Shown here: positions 48,054 through 62,989 of the stretch, in pieces
How positions within the stretch are numbered: position 1 is the first letter of the stretch
How the letters are laid out: every line of letters starts with the position of its first letter
Assembly (NCBI RefSeq): GCF_006345805.1
Contig: NC_042999.1
Span: 99,386,001 to 99,450,000 of the forward strand
Reading direction: 5' to 3'
Source: Octopus sinensis
Lineage: Eukaryota
DNA: 64,000 bases
Made by a program: the position numbers and the translations under genes
The notes under the pieces: generated by a model
What the model was told of the DNA's origin: nothing
What the model saw: only the letters and a program-made list of their open reading frames with translations
Database searches by the model: none

Positions 48054-48410
48054 TATTTCTTATTTTGTAAATTCCGATCCACTTGTGTGAAGTGGCTGGC
48101 AGTTCTGAATGTTAGAAGTCTCATAGCAGATGTTCTGTCTCGAACTAATGTCTTTAACTCTGTAAACACAATCAAATCTGATATGCGAATTAGATTAGAT
48201 ACATACGCACACGAATATATGTATACACACATGCATATGAACATGCGTATATAGATATATGAACATGCATATGTGTGCACTTACATACACACACGCAGGT
48301 TTATGCTTATTAGACTGTATACGTGTATACATACATACATACATACATACATACATAGATATATACATACATACATACATACATACACACATACATGTGT
48401 GAGTGTATAT

Positions 48411-48445
<35 letters not shown>

Positions 48446-49030
48446 TCTATATACATATAACACAAATATACACATATATATGCATACATATATATGCATA
48501 TATATATACACATATATATATGTGTGTGCATACAATATATATATATATATGCATATATATATAAATATATAAATATATATATATATACATATATATATAT
48601 TATATATATATATATATACATACACACATACATACACACACATATATATATATACATATCTATGTAGTATATACATACACATATTTTTTGGCCGACATAT
48701 TTTCTGATACGTAAACGCGTGTGAGTGTGTGTGTGCGTGATTGCCTGTGTATGCTTATACATACATGATTAGAAAAAAATTACGTCCATGATAGAAAAAG
48801 GGAAGTACGTAGAAGAAAAGATGGAAGGTTAAATAAACAAACAAAAAAAGCATGTAAATAGATCTTCTAACAACGAAATATGTGTGTGCATGTGTATGTG
48901 TGTGCCTGTAAGTATGTGTGTTTTTGTGTACGCGCGAGTGTTTTTGTGTACGCGCGTGTGTTTGTTTGTTTGTGTGTGTGTGTTCTGTATTCCTATGTAC
49001 ATTTGTTTACAGAAACATACATAAATGCAG
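47690..49030. repeat. Compound (TA)n/(CA)n/(TACA)n field
   Basis: Direct observation. Confidence 0.93.
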
Positions 49031-49199
49031 ATACTGGTAACCTAGCTTGTTTTCTGAAGTATTTACCATTTCAAATCTTTAGCTATCTATGACTGTTTCC
49101 CAGACTACCGAGAATCCTAAAACAATCGATAATGTCCAAGAAGAGATTAGAACGTATAATGTTTGAACTGTGTTACTTGAATTGTGTCCTTTAATTAAA

Positions 49200-50650
49200 T
49201 CTAATAAAAGCATCTTTGTTGTTATTAAAAACTGCAGATACTGAATACAAAGGGATTGTTTTCAGTAGTAAGTTCCAGTTGCAGAGAGCTTTTATTGTGA
49301 TTCTTATTTTAGTTTATTTTTTTCAAACCAATAGTACAGTGTCACTGGTTCCTTTTATTTGAGATTCAATATTACTCTCTGGAAGAGAAATGTAGTCGTG
49401 TCAGTCGGAATAAAAGTGATTGGCAATGAACTGGCATGTGATAGAATAATATTCATATATCAAAATCAGTTGGTTTGAGCATGACTCGACATCTTAGATC
49501 TGGATCGTGTTGTTTCCCATTCTACACACTTAGAATCTTTGATATCCAGATCAGTTGCTTGATTCTTACTGTCTACTTTTATTTATCATCTGATGCTCTT
49601 ATAAAACCAGTGAATATCTTCATTATATTGGAAATGACCTTCCTTGTGTTTTTTCCTTAATACTTCTGACAATACTTTCAAAAGCTGTGTAACCTTCTAT
49701 GTTTTATCAATATATGTTTTGCGACTTATTATTAAGATAGTAAGTAAATTAATTCGGTTCAGCGTTTTCCCTACCATTTGCTATAAATTTGATGTCGTCA
49801 AAGAAAAGCTGGTTTCTTATGTTCGTTTATTAAACCGTTATTCAAACTTGCTGAAATTATTTATAAAGTTATTATTGTAAGTTTTGTCTTGACTTTCATA
49901 ACACCAGTATAGCAGAGTTTACGACAAATTTCACAGCAGTAAAAGTATATATTAAAACAACATGAATCAATAAATGCATAATACCTAATCGTCAGAAAAA
50001 ACCTAATATTTTACTATTTTCTAACCGAAGGAACAGATGACAAGAAATTAGCTGAGGAAAACAGCTGACTGGAATTAAATAAATCCATTGTGTAGACACA
50101 GCATTTTCAGACTTTGATGACTGAAAAATGTTTCAATACATTGTGAAAGAAGAGATTAGAGGAGATCTTAATCTTTATGTTGAGACTTCACAACAGCGAC
50201 AGACGTTCATGAGAGAAAAACGATAAAAATTGTAAGTATTCTGATTTGTCTGAGAAGATTGTACACGGAAGAAATATATAAAAAAATGACAGATTATGTT
50301 CACTAATATTTCATAACAGGCTAGAAACATTGCTTTACTCTGATGCTAGGGATACGAAGTCATTCATTTATAGAGCATTATTTTGAATAATATCAATAAG
50401 TTCTCTCGGTTCTTAACAATTAGCCGCCAATAATATTTTCCTATTTTTGGCCATTATTCTTTATCTCAATTGTATTTATTAACTACGAATCAAACAATCC
50501 TCAGAACAACAATCATTAACTAAATACTGACTTATTGTTAAGCATAAAGTTATTATTGAAGGTAAGACTGCTTGACGTTCATGCATTTCTTGAGGGTATA
50601 AGTCATTGTAGCTATAAGAATTACCTGAACTTGGAATCGAAACTGTATTG
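49200..50650 (-). pseudogene. Possible very old R4/Dong-like LINE remnant
   Basis: NQLFFDDIKF (HLLFMDDLKL-like) near 49780-49810; other motifs weak. Confidence 0.3.
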
Positions 50651-51129
50651 CAGATTTGGATCACTGAGAAATTAGAGCAGTTATTTTTGCCTATGACAAA
50701 ACTTGATACATGGAAAAAGGTAGCACATTGGTATAATCATCGTCTACCATAGATTCAGATTAACCAATGCTTGTGAATGGAATTTGACTGACGGAAATAG
50801 TGCGTAAGCCCATGATTATATGCACATATTACATATGCTATGAGATGATTTCATAACTACACGTGTCGTGACTTTAATGTTCGATGGAAATGGATGCGCA
50901 GCTGATAATCTCTTGTAGCCAGCTTAATAAGTCTTCAAATAGATTTCATGCTATCTACTCGTGTTCAGTTGTTATACGGTGTTTTGTAATGCAGTCCTCC
51001 AACAGCTGAGCAAATTTTACTATGATTGATGACTGCGAATAACATGCATCCATCAAATTCAGCATAGTGCTCAGTAAATCTGTTGGTGGGATCCTTGAAA
51101 CTTTTACATGAAACTACTTCTTAAATATT

Positions 51130-51480
51130 CTTGCGGCCAAACTCCACACAAGATTTTGTGAGGCGTACGCTGTTGGACAACGTTCAAGTGTAGGTTTAAT
51201 AGATAAACGTTTAGAGTAGATAATAAGCGGAACACCAGAAAATATAGAAATAGGTTGTGGACACCACCACGATGATCGTTGTTGCACATTACCTCAGTTA
51301 TCCCATGACTGGAACCACTTTTGGAGATTGAGAGATTTTCATGAAAAATCTGATCATGCATCGCATCGCTGCAAAGTCTATCAAAAGGAGCGTCGTCTGA
51401 AGTCTGCCTTGATCTTCGTGAGAAGATTAACGGCAACCCAAATTTTCTTCTTTAAGATTAAATGGAATCGCCAGCAGCAT
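51130..51480 (+). pseudogene. Possible mariner (irritans-like) transposase remnant
   Basis: IFMKNLIMHRIAAKSIK resembles I..EDLGMRRVAAKFVP; NGNPNFL resembles DPNFL. Confidence 0.4.
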
Positions 51481-51719
51481 TGAGTGGTTTTCAGGAAAAG
51501 GGCTTCCGAGGTGCCTTTGGTGCATGTAAATCACTCTGAGATCGCTTTAAACGTCACCAATGGTACTATTTCAGAGGTAATGGTGTCCGAATATAAACAA
51601 TACTTAAGGTACATATATAGATGCACAAACATTCATGGATGCAGGAATAGATATCATTGCATATGATGATCTTATTGCATGTCAAACCACTCGAATACTT
51701 TTAACATCTTGACAGTGTG

Positions 51720-51885
51720 CCGAGCAAGATGCTAAGCGGCATTTCGTTCGTCTTTAAGATCTGAGTTCAAATGCCTTTCATCCCTTTCGGAGTCGGTAAA
51801 TACCTGTTGAACACTGAGGTCAAAGTAATCGACTTACATCCTCCTCTGAAATTGCTGGCCTTGTGCCAAAATTTGAAATCAATAT
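51720..51885 (+). mobile_element. tRNA-derived SINE (internally shortened)
   Basis: GCTAAGCGGCATTTCGTTCG...GAGTTCAAAT...GAAATTGCTGGCCTTGTGCCAAAATTTGAA. Confidence 0.75.
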
Positions 51886-52878
51886 TTTGACAGTACTTTT
51901 GATAGCTTGTCGCCGTTATCGTTTGATTAGGTGTGATCTTTATGCATTATGGATCTATGTGTGAATACGTCTGCGTTTGCGCTCGTGTATATCAGCATAA
52001 ACATGTTGCCGTGTTTATGTCGTAAAAGCGATAAAACTCTCAGAATGGTCTCTAACTCGGTGAAATTGAGTGTCTATTCAAAAAGTAAATAAACATCGAA
52101 AACGTGGGCACAAGGATAATTACTAGCCACGATATGATTTACTTAAACCCTTGAAGATAGTGTCTCAGTATAGCCAGTGTCCAATAACGTATCAAACAGA
52201 ATAGTACCTTCCTTTCCCCAACTAGGCTCAAAACCCTATATATAAGCAATGGTAGAATCTCGCTTTTGGAGTGGCATTCAAGCTCCATGTATTCTGAAAA
52301 GCATGAATGCTGAAAATGAACAGCCTCCAAGCGAGAATTTGAAACCGAATAAAGGTTTAGCCCACGATGATATAATTAATTGCTCTCTGGCTTTCACAAT
52401 AATATTTTAACTGATGTTATTAACACCTGACATATAAAAGTCATCACATTATACATAACCAGATGATTCATCCGCAAAAGAATATGGAAATGAGGACTTG
52501 CTTTAATATCTATGATTCGGTAATAACTTAAATATCTTACTAATTAAGCTACTGTAAAATTTTGATTAAATGTTAAGTTGCAGAGTCTCTTGCATTTTAT
52601 TTGTGTTAAATCTGAAGTAAATGTTATTTACGTGAAGGTACTTCACTAATTGCCGTGAAGGTATTTAACTAATTCATAGGATATTGTTGCCAATTAAACT
52701 TCTGCCTAATTCTTGCTAGAACCCCACTCTAAGCATTTCTCAACTTCTCAAAATTCTTGAAACAAGGTTTCGAATCTGTTTTTCTATAGATCCGACCGAA
52801 AAGCATTCAAATTAAGATGGTACATTAAAAAAGAATATAAAAAATGAAATTTTGAACTTTTCAAATAGGTAAGATGCA

Positions 52879-53050
<172 letters not shown>

Positions 53051-54606
53051 GTTCATTCTACTGTTCCGATATTTGATATAAAAATACTATTTTTATAGGA
53101 CACGAATCAAAATTGTTTGTTGTATCATATGTATTGGTAGAAATAAGAGAAAAAATCGAGCCTGTACTAAATTTACGAGATGTCAATTAATGAAGTCTTA
53201 CATTGGCGCTAAACCATAAATTTGTGAGGTATAGTGGTATAGTCGATTGAATCGACCCCGGCTCATGATAATTATTGATGTAATCGATCTCAGAGACATT
53301 CAAAATCAGAACATAGATAGTAGTACTAAATGTTGAAAAGCATATAACCCGACGTTTTGCTACTTTTCTCGCTCCACCTTTCCACTACTTTAATGTATTT
53401 CTCTTATTAAAAGTGCTAATACTTCCGAGTTAACGTAGATGATATTAATCACATAGGTGATATTAATAAAAAGGAAATTCTCAGTCTTATTCCACGTATA
53501 ATGCCTTTTAACCCTTGAAATATTCAAAGATGTATATAAACGTTCTGATGCTCATGCGATGTGCCTTGCACACGTCAAACTGATATCCCTTACCTCTAAG
53601 CAAACTACTGAGAACGGCTGAGATTTCAGCCAAAAGATATACAATTTATGATAGAAGGAGGTAGAAAGTTGCGTTTATTACTTCATAAAGTTATTTTAAA
53701 TGTAAAAGAGTGAATTATCTCAATGTTGAAATCTGTCCGCTAAATTCCTCAAACCAGTTCTAACCTCTAATATAAAACACTTGAATTTTCTCAATTTATC
53801 TCTTCAAACAGTCCCTTTCAGAAACTTGAAATCAATAGAATAAATGATGAGCAACTTTATAACTTATATTTTCCAGCTTGAATGCTTCAAAAAAGAGAGA
53901 GCTTCCGATCATCATAGTGTAGAATGATCAAAGAGGAATTTCGATTGAACCATAAAGTTGCCTGGGAAATAATAATATGAAACAGCACCATGGTCAAACA
54001 ACAAGCTTATAAGCTTGAAGGCAACTACAGAAAAGAAATAGTATTCGACACTTAATAGTAGTTCAGTACCAACTGATTGAGTTAACTGATGAAGTGTTCA
54101 TGTTATATGTACTATGATTTTCCCTGTTTTTGCTGATTCATTTCAGCTACCTGCAAATGGATACCTGCATGGCGATAATACATAACTTTGAAAACTGTAG
54201 GTTTGCTGAATGAACATTTTTGTTGGTTTAACTTATTAAACATACGCCTCCCTATAATAATAAGTTATAATTAAAATACTCAGACTTCCATCAAAATTAC
54301 ACGTGCTATCAACAAGCTGGTATAAATTTATAATTCTTATAAAATCCCTCCATTGAGACCCAACTCTATCGGGTAAAGAACAGATGTGAAGTTTTATTTA
54401 TCTGTTTATTATTTAAATGTTTTAAAGTAGTTTAGTACTTCAACAGTTCTGAATTTATCATTTAAACTAAAACATAAATTCTGTATTGTCAATTGTCTTC
54501 ATAACTGAAGATTTTAGATGTTAGATATTAAATAAATCATGTTAATCCAAGGTACTTATTTCTGACTAGAAATACATGCCCTGGGAGGAACTGATCAACA
54601 GTCATA

Positions 54607-55934
54607 TTGGGTTTGCAACTAAGTCCCCGCTGTTTTTTTTAAATTTAAATTTTTTTAAAAGAGTTAATAAAAAATAACTACTAATTAATTAATAATGTAT
54701 TCACCCTTGTTGTTTACAACTTCTTCCCAATGTTCAACAAGATTTTCAATACCTCGTTGGTAGAAATCTCCCGATTTCGACTCGAAAAATTGATCTAACG
54801 AAGCTCTCAATTCTGCATCAGTATCGAACGAATCTCCGCGCATAGCATTTGAAAGAGATCGAAAGAGGTGGAAATCCGTTGGTGCCAAATCAGGAAAGTA
54901 CGGCGGTAACGGCATCACTTCCCAGCTATGCGTTTGAATGGCTTCCTTGGTCATATTGGCGATATGAGAGCGGGCGTTCTTGTGCAGTAGCAGAACTCCA
55001 TGCTGCCGATTAGGTCTTTTCTCTCGAATAGCCGTGTTGAATCGTTCCATCTGTTGAACATAGAGTTCCGCGTTGACCGTTTGGTTCCGTTCAAGCAATT
55101 TGTAATGGATAATCCCTTCCCAGTCCCACAATACGCACAACATCGTTTTACGTGGATGAAGATCGTGTTTCACGCGCGGTGTCGCTTGTTTACCGGGGCT
55201 AAGCCATTCCTTACGCTGCTTCATATTGATGTACAGGCCCCATTTCCCGCCGCCAGTAACGATTCGGTAAAAGAAATCGTTGCTTGTGTCCATGAGTTGA
55301 GCGGTGACGAGTAAGCAAACCAGCGGAGATTGTTGCTCGTTGATTTTTGTTGTTGTCACTTAAATCATGCGGAACCCAGGCCCCATACCTCTGAACGTTT
55401 CCCATCGAGTGAAAATGGTTCTCTATAGCAGTGTGGGAGCATTTCATTTTTTCTGCCAGTTCCCTTGTCGTTTGACGAGAATTTTCATGCAAAAGTTGGT
55501 ATAATCGCTCTTCATCGAACTCAACTGGACGGCCGGAACGAGGTGCGTCTTTGAGGCCAAAATTACCATTTTTGAACTTGGCATACCAATTACGAGCGGT
55601 TCTTTCAGCTATGGCACCCTCTCCATACACAGCACAAATGTCGCGAGCAGCTTTTTCGGCCTTAGAACCACGATTAAAAGCAAAAAGAAGGAGGTGTCAA
55701 AAATGCTCGTTTCCCTTAACTTAACATTCCATTTTAGTGATCGGAAAATAAATAAAAATTAACTAAAATTAACTTGAATTAGCTTGAAAAAAAAAAACAA
55801 AGAAAAACAAAATAAATTCCAAAACGATTCGAAAATAGAATTCTCGAAACAAAAAAATGGATTCCAAAATTTAAAAACGCAATAAATTCCAAAATTAAAA
55901 AAAAAAAACGGTGAGAACTTAGTTGCCAACCCAA
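54607..55934 (-). mobile_element. Full-length mariner (DD34D) with dead transposase (54685-55732)
   Basis: TIRs TTGGGTTTGCAACTAAGT / ACTTAGTTGCCAACCCAA, TA-flanked. WVPHDL and YFPDLAPTDFHLF motifs; two early stops, a frameshift near 55260, and two catalytic Asp lost (IVTGGGKW, LHKNARSH). Confidence 0.95.
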
Positions 55935-58857
55935 TATTATTCTAGTCAAAATAAACACCTCTCTGGTGCTGAAAAACGATGGTGATGAGACAGCAAATAG
56001 CAGAGCTACATAGACACGTGCATATTTCAGTATACTCAGAACTGCTTTCATTTTTACACGAATTCTCCACTGATAACTCGACATTGCCATTCAAATATAC
56101 AAAACTGCCTTCAGGTTCAGCAAATCTTTCTGCTTACACTTTTTCACACCAATGAACATACACACCAACACACAGACACAGCAAGTAGAAACTCACGCAA
56201 GCCTACGTTTACACAAACATATATGTGTACACACATAAATATACATACACGCACTCAGACACACGCACACTCATGTATGTACAAATATAAACATAATATA
56301 AACACACATACTGACGCTCGTACGTACATATATTTATTTATTCACACATATAATCAGATGAATAAATAGTAAATGCGTTATAAATCAGAAGTCTTCATGA
56401 GATCAAATAGTTTTTAGTATAGATGTTATCATCAAAGAGAAAACTCTTTTCTCCAATACGATGCCATTAAACCAGTGAAGAAATGTAAAATACATCCATT
56501 ATCCTATAATACCATATCATAACATATTTTTTTCTATTACCAATTTATTACGTTAGAAGCGTGTGGGTAGTTTCCGGATTTGTACTTGTAAGGCGTAATG
56601 AGTCGCACAGCATCAATTATATAGCTAATATGAATTTACCCTATAATTGATGCAGTACGATTTATCATAACTTTAAAGCTTAGGGAATTCTTGGTTAAAA
56701 CTAGCTTTTTATACTTAAAATGATGCTTTTTGTCATTGAAATAGTTCGGGTGAACATGAAATATAACTAGTCGATTTGACAATCTCCTTATTAATTGGAT
56801 GCATTAAAAAAATCATTTTATTGTTATTGAGTCAGGAGAGCACAGGCAATGCTCGTCTTATTTGGAAATCCCTTGAACTAGGTGTGATTCATACGGTTCA
56901 GTACAGATTTGGTTGGTTAAACATATTTGAGAAAATGTAAAGGAAAGTTAGGCGATTCTCAGTGGGTAAGTATTGCTTGTTAATTTCGTAGAGCACGTAC
57001 CTTGCATTAGTGATGAATGTGGCAGGAAAAAGAAACCAGTGAACAATAGGAAAACCCAACTTATCAGTTCGGGAGTATTAAAAGTCATTTGAACTGCATT
57101 GTCATTTTTTAGTTACAAAAGGAAAAGGTATATATTTCGGAAGAAAGCAAGAAACCACTTGTCATACAGGTATTGCTGCTGTACATGCAATGAAACAATA
57201 ACGAATGGATGTTTAATTTTATGTTCCCCTCTTATTTACACACACACACACACACACACATACACACACAAAACAAAACGAAACAAAGCAAAAGCAATAA
57301 CGTCTTTCGATCTTAGTTTGAGCTTCTCAGATCGGTGAATATCCTCTTTGTTTAACATCCTATCGTCTGGAATCATCTTGTAGCAGAAGTCTGCTTCGGC
57401 ACAGTTGTACACATACCTTTCTCATAATCACTATAGCGCTTCCATTCCGTGTATATATATATACATGTATGTATGTACATACCCTCACCTACAAACAATT
57501 TTTTAATACATCTAAGTGACATATTTATCGCTGACCAGGGTCAGGATGAATCAGCTAGTCACTGCAACGCTTTAAACCTTCCTATATTCACAACTGAGAC
57601 GTTACACTACAAATGTATTGTATTCTGATTGCTTCGAAGTTGACATGTCATGAGCACACCTTTACATTTCCCCGCAGCTCACGTGCACTCTCACGGGTTG
57701 GTCGCTAATTAATTTTACAGCTTTGCTATTACCTACAGAAATATTATACTCTAGACTGTGGTACATACTCACAGATAAAAGGCATATATTATCTACTTGC
57801 TTACCATTTTGGCCAAAAATGAAACTCCGTGCCGGTTGCTCTGTATTTTATGGACTTATCTTGTTTAAAATTCACAATGTTAGGTGAGTGATAGATTTCA
57901 TAATTTTATCCGAAGGAGCATTGAAACTTTCGCCTTCATATAATTCAATTTAGTTGAAAGAACCTGGAATATTTCCTCCTATCCACAGGAAGAGTCGAGC
58001 ATAGCGAAATATATCACGAAATTTTTAATGCGGCTGCTAATTAGAATAAGTAATTGCATTCCAACTTTTGCTGACTATATATAAAAGGTGATTTACATTA
58101 TTCAAATATTAAGGGTCTTGGCTACAGGCGCAACACAACATTGGTGATATAAAACACGCAACATGAAGGAATCTCTACGTGGTCTTTCGATCTGTTAGAA
58201 ACAGCAGTACATTTCCCTCAGTTCAAAAAATTATGATCAATTATAAGTCCACTCGGTCAGCGCTGACTTGGGGCTAAACATCAATATCACCACAGATATT
58301 TCGGTTGGTTCTCCACTACCGCTATCTCGTTTCTATTCGGTTATCTGGACTCCTTAGAAACTAATATTAGACGTCTCATAATGCGAAGAATCCACTATGA
58401 CGCTGTACAGATGACCTCAGTCGTGTATTTCTATATAAAGAAGAAAAAAAAAAAAAACTTGGACACATTCAAAAGAAAAAAAATACAATATAAGAATAGT
58501 AAATTTGAAATAGAATTTAATATAATTTTAAAGGAAAATAAATTACTTTAATGAATTCTGAAAACGAACGTGTCCTTTTTTAATTTCGATCTTTATTGAA
58601 AATGAAAAATATATAATTTCTTTTTAATTTTAGCATAGCAAAAATAATTATTACAAGAAACTTTTAAAGAAAAATTTATGTCATTAATTTTTTTTGCAAG
58701 GATTTTTTTCTGATAAAAGTGCAGGACTAGGGGAACCATTTGAGCGGCAGATAAAATAGCTTGCTCTATTTAGTCTCATTAAGTCCTTATTTCTAATCCT
58801 ACAGGTTTGCTTTTATCATTCGTCACGGTCAACAAACAAAGTACCAGATTAAACTTC

Positions 58858-59040
58858 AGTGAAAAAATGCTCGATGTTCTGACTAACACAGCGTGCTGGA
58901 AGAATCGTTAGCATGCTGGACAAAATGCTTAGTACCATTTCGTTTGTCTTCGTGTTCTGAGTCCAACTTCCGCTGAGGTCGACTTTACCTTTCATACTTT
59001 CGAAGTTGATAAAATAAGTACCAGCTGAGCACTGAAGTCG
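58858..59040 (-). mobile_element. tRNA-derived SINE (orientation uncertain)
   Basis: GAATCGTTAGCATGCTGG...GAGGTCGACTTTACCTTTCAT...AAGTACCAG core. Confidence 0.6.
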
Positions 59041-59069
59041 GAATAGGTCCAGTTTTATCCCTACATATA

Positions 59070-59282
59070 CGAGAGGGTACTGAAAATTTCTTGGCTGCGA
59101 GTACAAGAAAATACAGGAGGAACAGTTAATTATAATTTTATTCAACATATTCCCCTCTCACATTGACACTTTTTGCAGTGGTCTTTCATTTTTTCTAAGC
59201 TGTGTAAAAGAACTTGGAAGTTTGGGCCTCCAATCAGGCCTTCCGTATACCGTAAAGCCAGGAACTTTTCAGCACCCCTTCG
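59070..59282. mobile_element. Mariner-derived MITE (213 bp)
   Basis: TIRs CGAGAGGGTACTGAAAATTTCTTGGCT / AGCCAGGAACTTTTCAGCACCCCTTCG; partial inverted copy at 60074-60190. Confidence 0.75.
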
Positions 59283-59329
59283 TGTGTGTATATATATAAA
59301 TAAAACACAAAGAAAATAGTATAGAATGA

Positions 59330-59393
<64 letters not shown>

Positions 59394-59459
59394 TATGTGT
59401 GTGTGTGCGTGTGTATGTATGTATGTATGTATGTGTGTATATATATATATACATACATA

Positions 59460-59520
<61 letters not shown>

Positions 59521-59522
<2 letters not shown>

Positions 59523-59702
59523 TTAGCGGCATTTCGTCCATGTCTACGTTCTGAGTTCAAACTCCGTCGAGACCGTCTTTGCCTTTCATTGTTTCGGGGT
59601 TGATAAAATAATTATCAGTAAGTATCAGGTAGTACTGTGGTCGATGTTATAGATTTATCCACTCCAACAAACTTGCTGGTTTTGTACCCAAATTTGAAAC
59701 TA
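59521..59702 (+). mobile_element. tRNA-derived SINE, 5'-truncated
   Basis: GCTTAGCGGCATTTCGTCC...GAGTTCAAACTCC...CCAAATTTGAAAC. Confidence 0.75.
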
Positions 59703-59772
59703 ATTTTAAAATATAGTGAATATAGTACAATAGATACATGCAAACATATACATGTGTATGCATATATGTATG

Positions 59773-59843
<71 letters not shown>

Positions 59844-59883
59844 CATATATATATATATAATATATATTATATATATATATATA

Positions 59884-59951
<68 letters not shown>

Positions 59952-60019
59952 CTTATTAATTTGTATAAATGCCACAAAGAACCATGTTCTGAATAGAATA
60001 TTAGAGTAGAGTAGTGGTT

Positions 60020-60073
<54 letters not shown>

Positions 60074-60074
<1 letters not shown>

Positions 60075-60188
60075 GAAGGGGTGCTGAAAACATCCTGGCC
60101 TTTACGGTATACGGAAGGCCCTACTTGGAAGCCAAAACTTCCAAGTTCTTTTAAAGAGCTTAGAAAGACTGAAAGACCACTGCAATAT

Positions 60189-60190
<2 letters not shown>
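60074..60190. mobile_element. Partial mariner-derived MITE
   Basis: Reverse complement of about 59165-59282. Confidence 0.7.
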
Positions 60191-60256
<66 letters not shown>

Positions 60257-60306
60257 TATATATAAGGTGAAGAACACAAAAATGGGTGAAGTAGTAGTAG
60301 TAGTGT

Positions 60307-60520
60307 GAAGAAGAAGAGAAGAGAAGAAGAAAGAAGAAGAAGAGAAGAAGAAGAAGAAGAAGAAGAAAAGAGAAGAAGAAGAAGAAGAAGAAAGAAGAAG
60401 AAGAAGAAGAGAAGAAGAAAGAAGAAGAGAAGAAGAAGAAGAAAGAAAGACAAGAAGTAAGAAGAAAGAAGAAGAAGAAGAAGAAGAAGAAGAAAGAAGA
60501 AGAAGAAGAAGAAGAAGAAG
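60307..60520. repeat. (GAA)n purine tract
   Basis: Direct observation. Confidence 0.95.
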
Positions 60521-60781
60521 GGAATAGACTTACGAAACCTAAGTAGAAAGTGGACGTGAAGAGAACAAGAGTTATATACGTGAAAGACCCGAACATGACT
60601 GAATGTAAATTTCTGAAGAAATTAAATGAAACCAGTCAGTGATTTCAATTAGCTACTCCTGATATCATTATAAGTTACGTATATATACACATACCATTCG
60701 TATGAATATACTACAGGTGTATATAGTTTGTATAGTGTTAGTGTATTTGTGTGACAAAGTGAGTATATACATACATAGATA

Positions 60782-60863
<82 letters not shown>

Positions 60864-61178
60864 TATTGTGTGTATGGTGCGTGGAGGGCACGGGAGGAGA
60901 GAGAAGGAATTGATTATTTTTATGAAGAAAACACTTTTGCGTTAATAACAGCTTTCTACTATATAAAGCTTTTAGCCCTAATCAATCCTATACGAAAAAA
61001 ATGAAAGACAAATATGAAGCCGCCCGCCCTACGACATTCGTCTCTATGACGTTATATATATATATATATATGAATATTCATGTATCTATGTGTGCATACA
61101 TGTATAATTAACTGTGTTATATATAATATATTCATATTTGTGTTTATATGTTGTGTGGTCTTCTCTCTCTCTCTTCTA

Positions 61179-61220
<42 letters not shown>

Positions 61221-61318
61221 TACATATATATATACACACATATATATATATATATGTATGTATATGTATATATAATATATACATATATATAATATAATAT
61301 ATGTTATATATATATATG

Positions 61319-61361
<43 letters not shown>

Positions 61362-61443
61362 TATTTGAGACAAAACCACTATTTTGCAAAAAAAACAAGG
61401 AAAGACTTAATAAATACATAAAATTAATAAATAGTCAAAAAAA

Positions 61444-61486
61444 CCACTACAATCGTTTCTTGTCTTGATCGACAATCTTCAGGTGG
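61444..61486 (-). ncRNA. Type I hammerhead ribozyme motif
   Basis: Exact reverse complement of 62947-62989. Confidence 0.78.
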
Positions 61487-61619
61487 ACTTCCAATCTAAA
61501 AAATCAAAAATTTTAAAAATATAAAAATAATACTTTTAAATAATTAAAGTATAAATGAAAAAATATAAGTATATAATCCATATATAACCTATATATAATC
61601 CATATCGAAAATATAGACT

Positions 61620-62650
61620 AATTACCACGAATTCCCTAAAAAAACCATGATAAAACAAAACTCTAAAAACATATAACGATAAAATCTCCCTTTGCTAAAC
61701 TCTATAACAAACCTATAAATTAAACCCCCTAACCTAACATTCACACACAAATACACACACGTAAACCACAAACTCACGACTTATACACATACCTATACTA
61801 ACTTATAAACCTCATATACACCAAAACCCACTCCCTCCCCACACAGACAAATTAACACATACATCCCAAAACCTAAATAACAAACCCATATACACATTCA
61901 CACACAAACACACACTCACACGCAAAACACTCACACACAAAAGATACATATACTCCCTCACATATACGCCTATACATACTCACTAAACTCGACATATACA
62001 ACAATACTTACACACCCACAAAAAACATTATATACATTATGAGCTTTAACTCACCTTAGCATCTCTAACAAACAACTTGCAGTAACCCAACCATTCTCTA
62101 TGCCTACCTCACTACTACACTATTCCATTCACATTCCAAGCAACGCTAGTCCACCACCCGGTTATTCACGTGGCCAAAACGAACACCACTCAAAAATATG
62201 AATGAAACAATGTAAAAAATAACCAACACCTAAATATACAAAAATACCACGAATTACCTAAAAAAACCATGATAAACCAAAACTCATAAAAGCATATAAC
62301 GATAAAATCTCCCTTTGCTAAACCCTATAACAAACTTATATAGCAATACCCTAACCTAAACATTCACACACAAAAAACCCACACGTAAACCACAGACCCA
62401 AGACTTATACACAAACCTATACTAACTTATAAACCTCAATTACACCAAAAACCACTCCCTCCCCACACAGACAAATTAACACATACATCCCAAATCCTAA
62501 ATAACAACACCAAATACACATTCACACACAAACACACACACACGCCAAAACACACAACAACAACAGATACATATGCTCCCTCACATATACGCATATACAT
62601 ACTCACTAAACTCGATATATACAACAATATTTACACCCACACTCATACAG
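61620..62650. repeat. Two ~400-bp A/C-rich direct repeats (from about 61622 and 62246)
   Basis: Shared blocks such as ATAACGATAAAATCTCCCTTTGCTAAAC and CTCCCCACACAGACAAATTAACACATACATCCCAAA. Confidence 0.9.
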
Positions 62651-62946
62651 ATAAATAAATTAATTATACAATAAAAACTCACAACCAATCTCATATACAT
62701 AAACACTCCTATGAAAACAACAATAATACATCGTAATTAACCAGAATATCAAAAATAACATTATGACATAAGGATAAATCAAATACATACTTACAATTCA
62801 GTTACAAATTATGAAGTGAAATTAGATTTTAGCCGTTAAAAAACCAAACAAAATTACGTTACCATGGAAATAACTAATGTAAAAAAAGAATACGCGCCAT
62901 AGAAAGTAAACGTCATTCAATAATTTGTAACTGAATTATTGGAAGT

Positions 62947-62989
62947 CCACCTGAAGATTGTCGATCAAGACAAGAAACGATTGTAGTGG
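62947..62989 (+). ncRNA. Type I hammerhead ribozyme motif
   Basis: CCAC-CUGAAGA-UUGUC-GAUCAA-GACAA-GAAAC-GAUU-GUA-GUGG; predicted cleavage after A62985. Confidence 0.8.

Noticed and set aside
46690-48200. Short RTE-like 3' fragments (EWTPR near 46750; ELKTLVRDR near 48140)
   Set aside because: Single short motifs are insufficient support.
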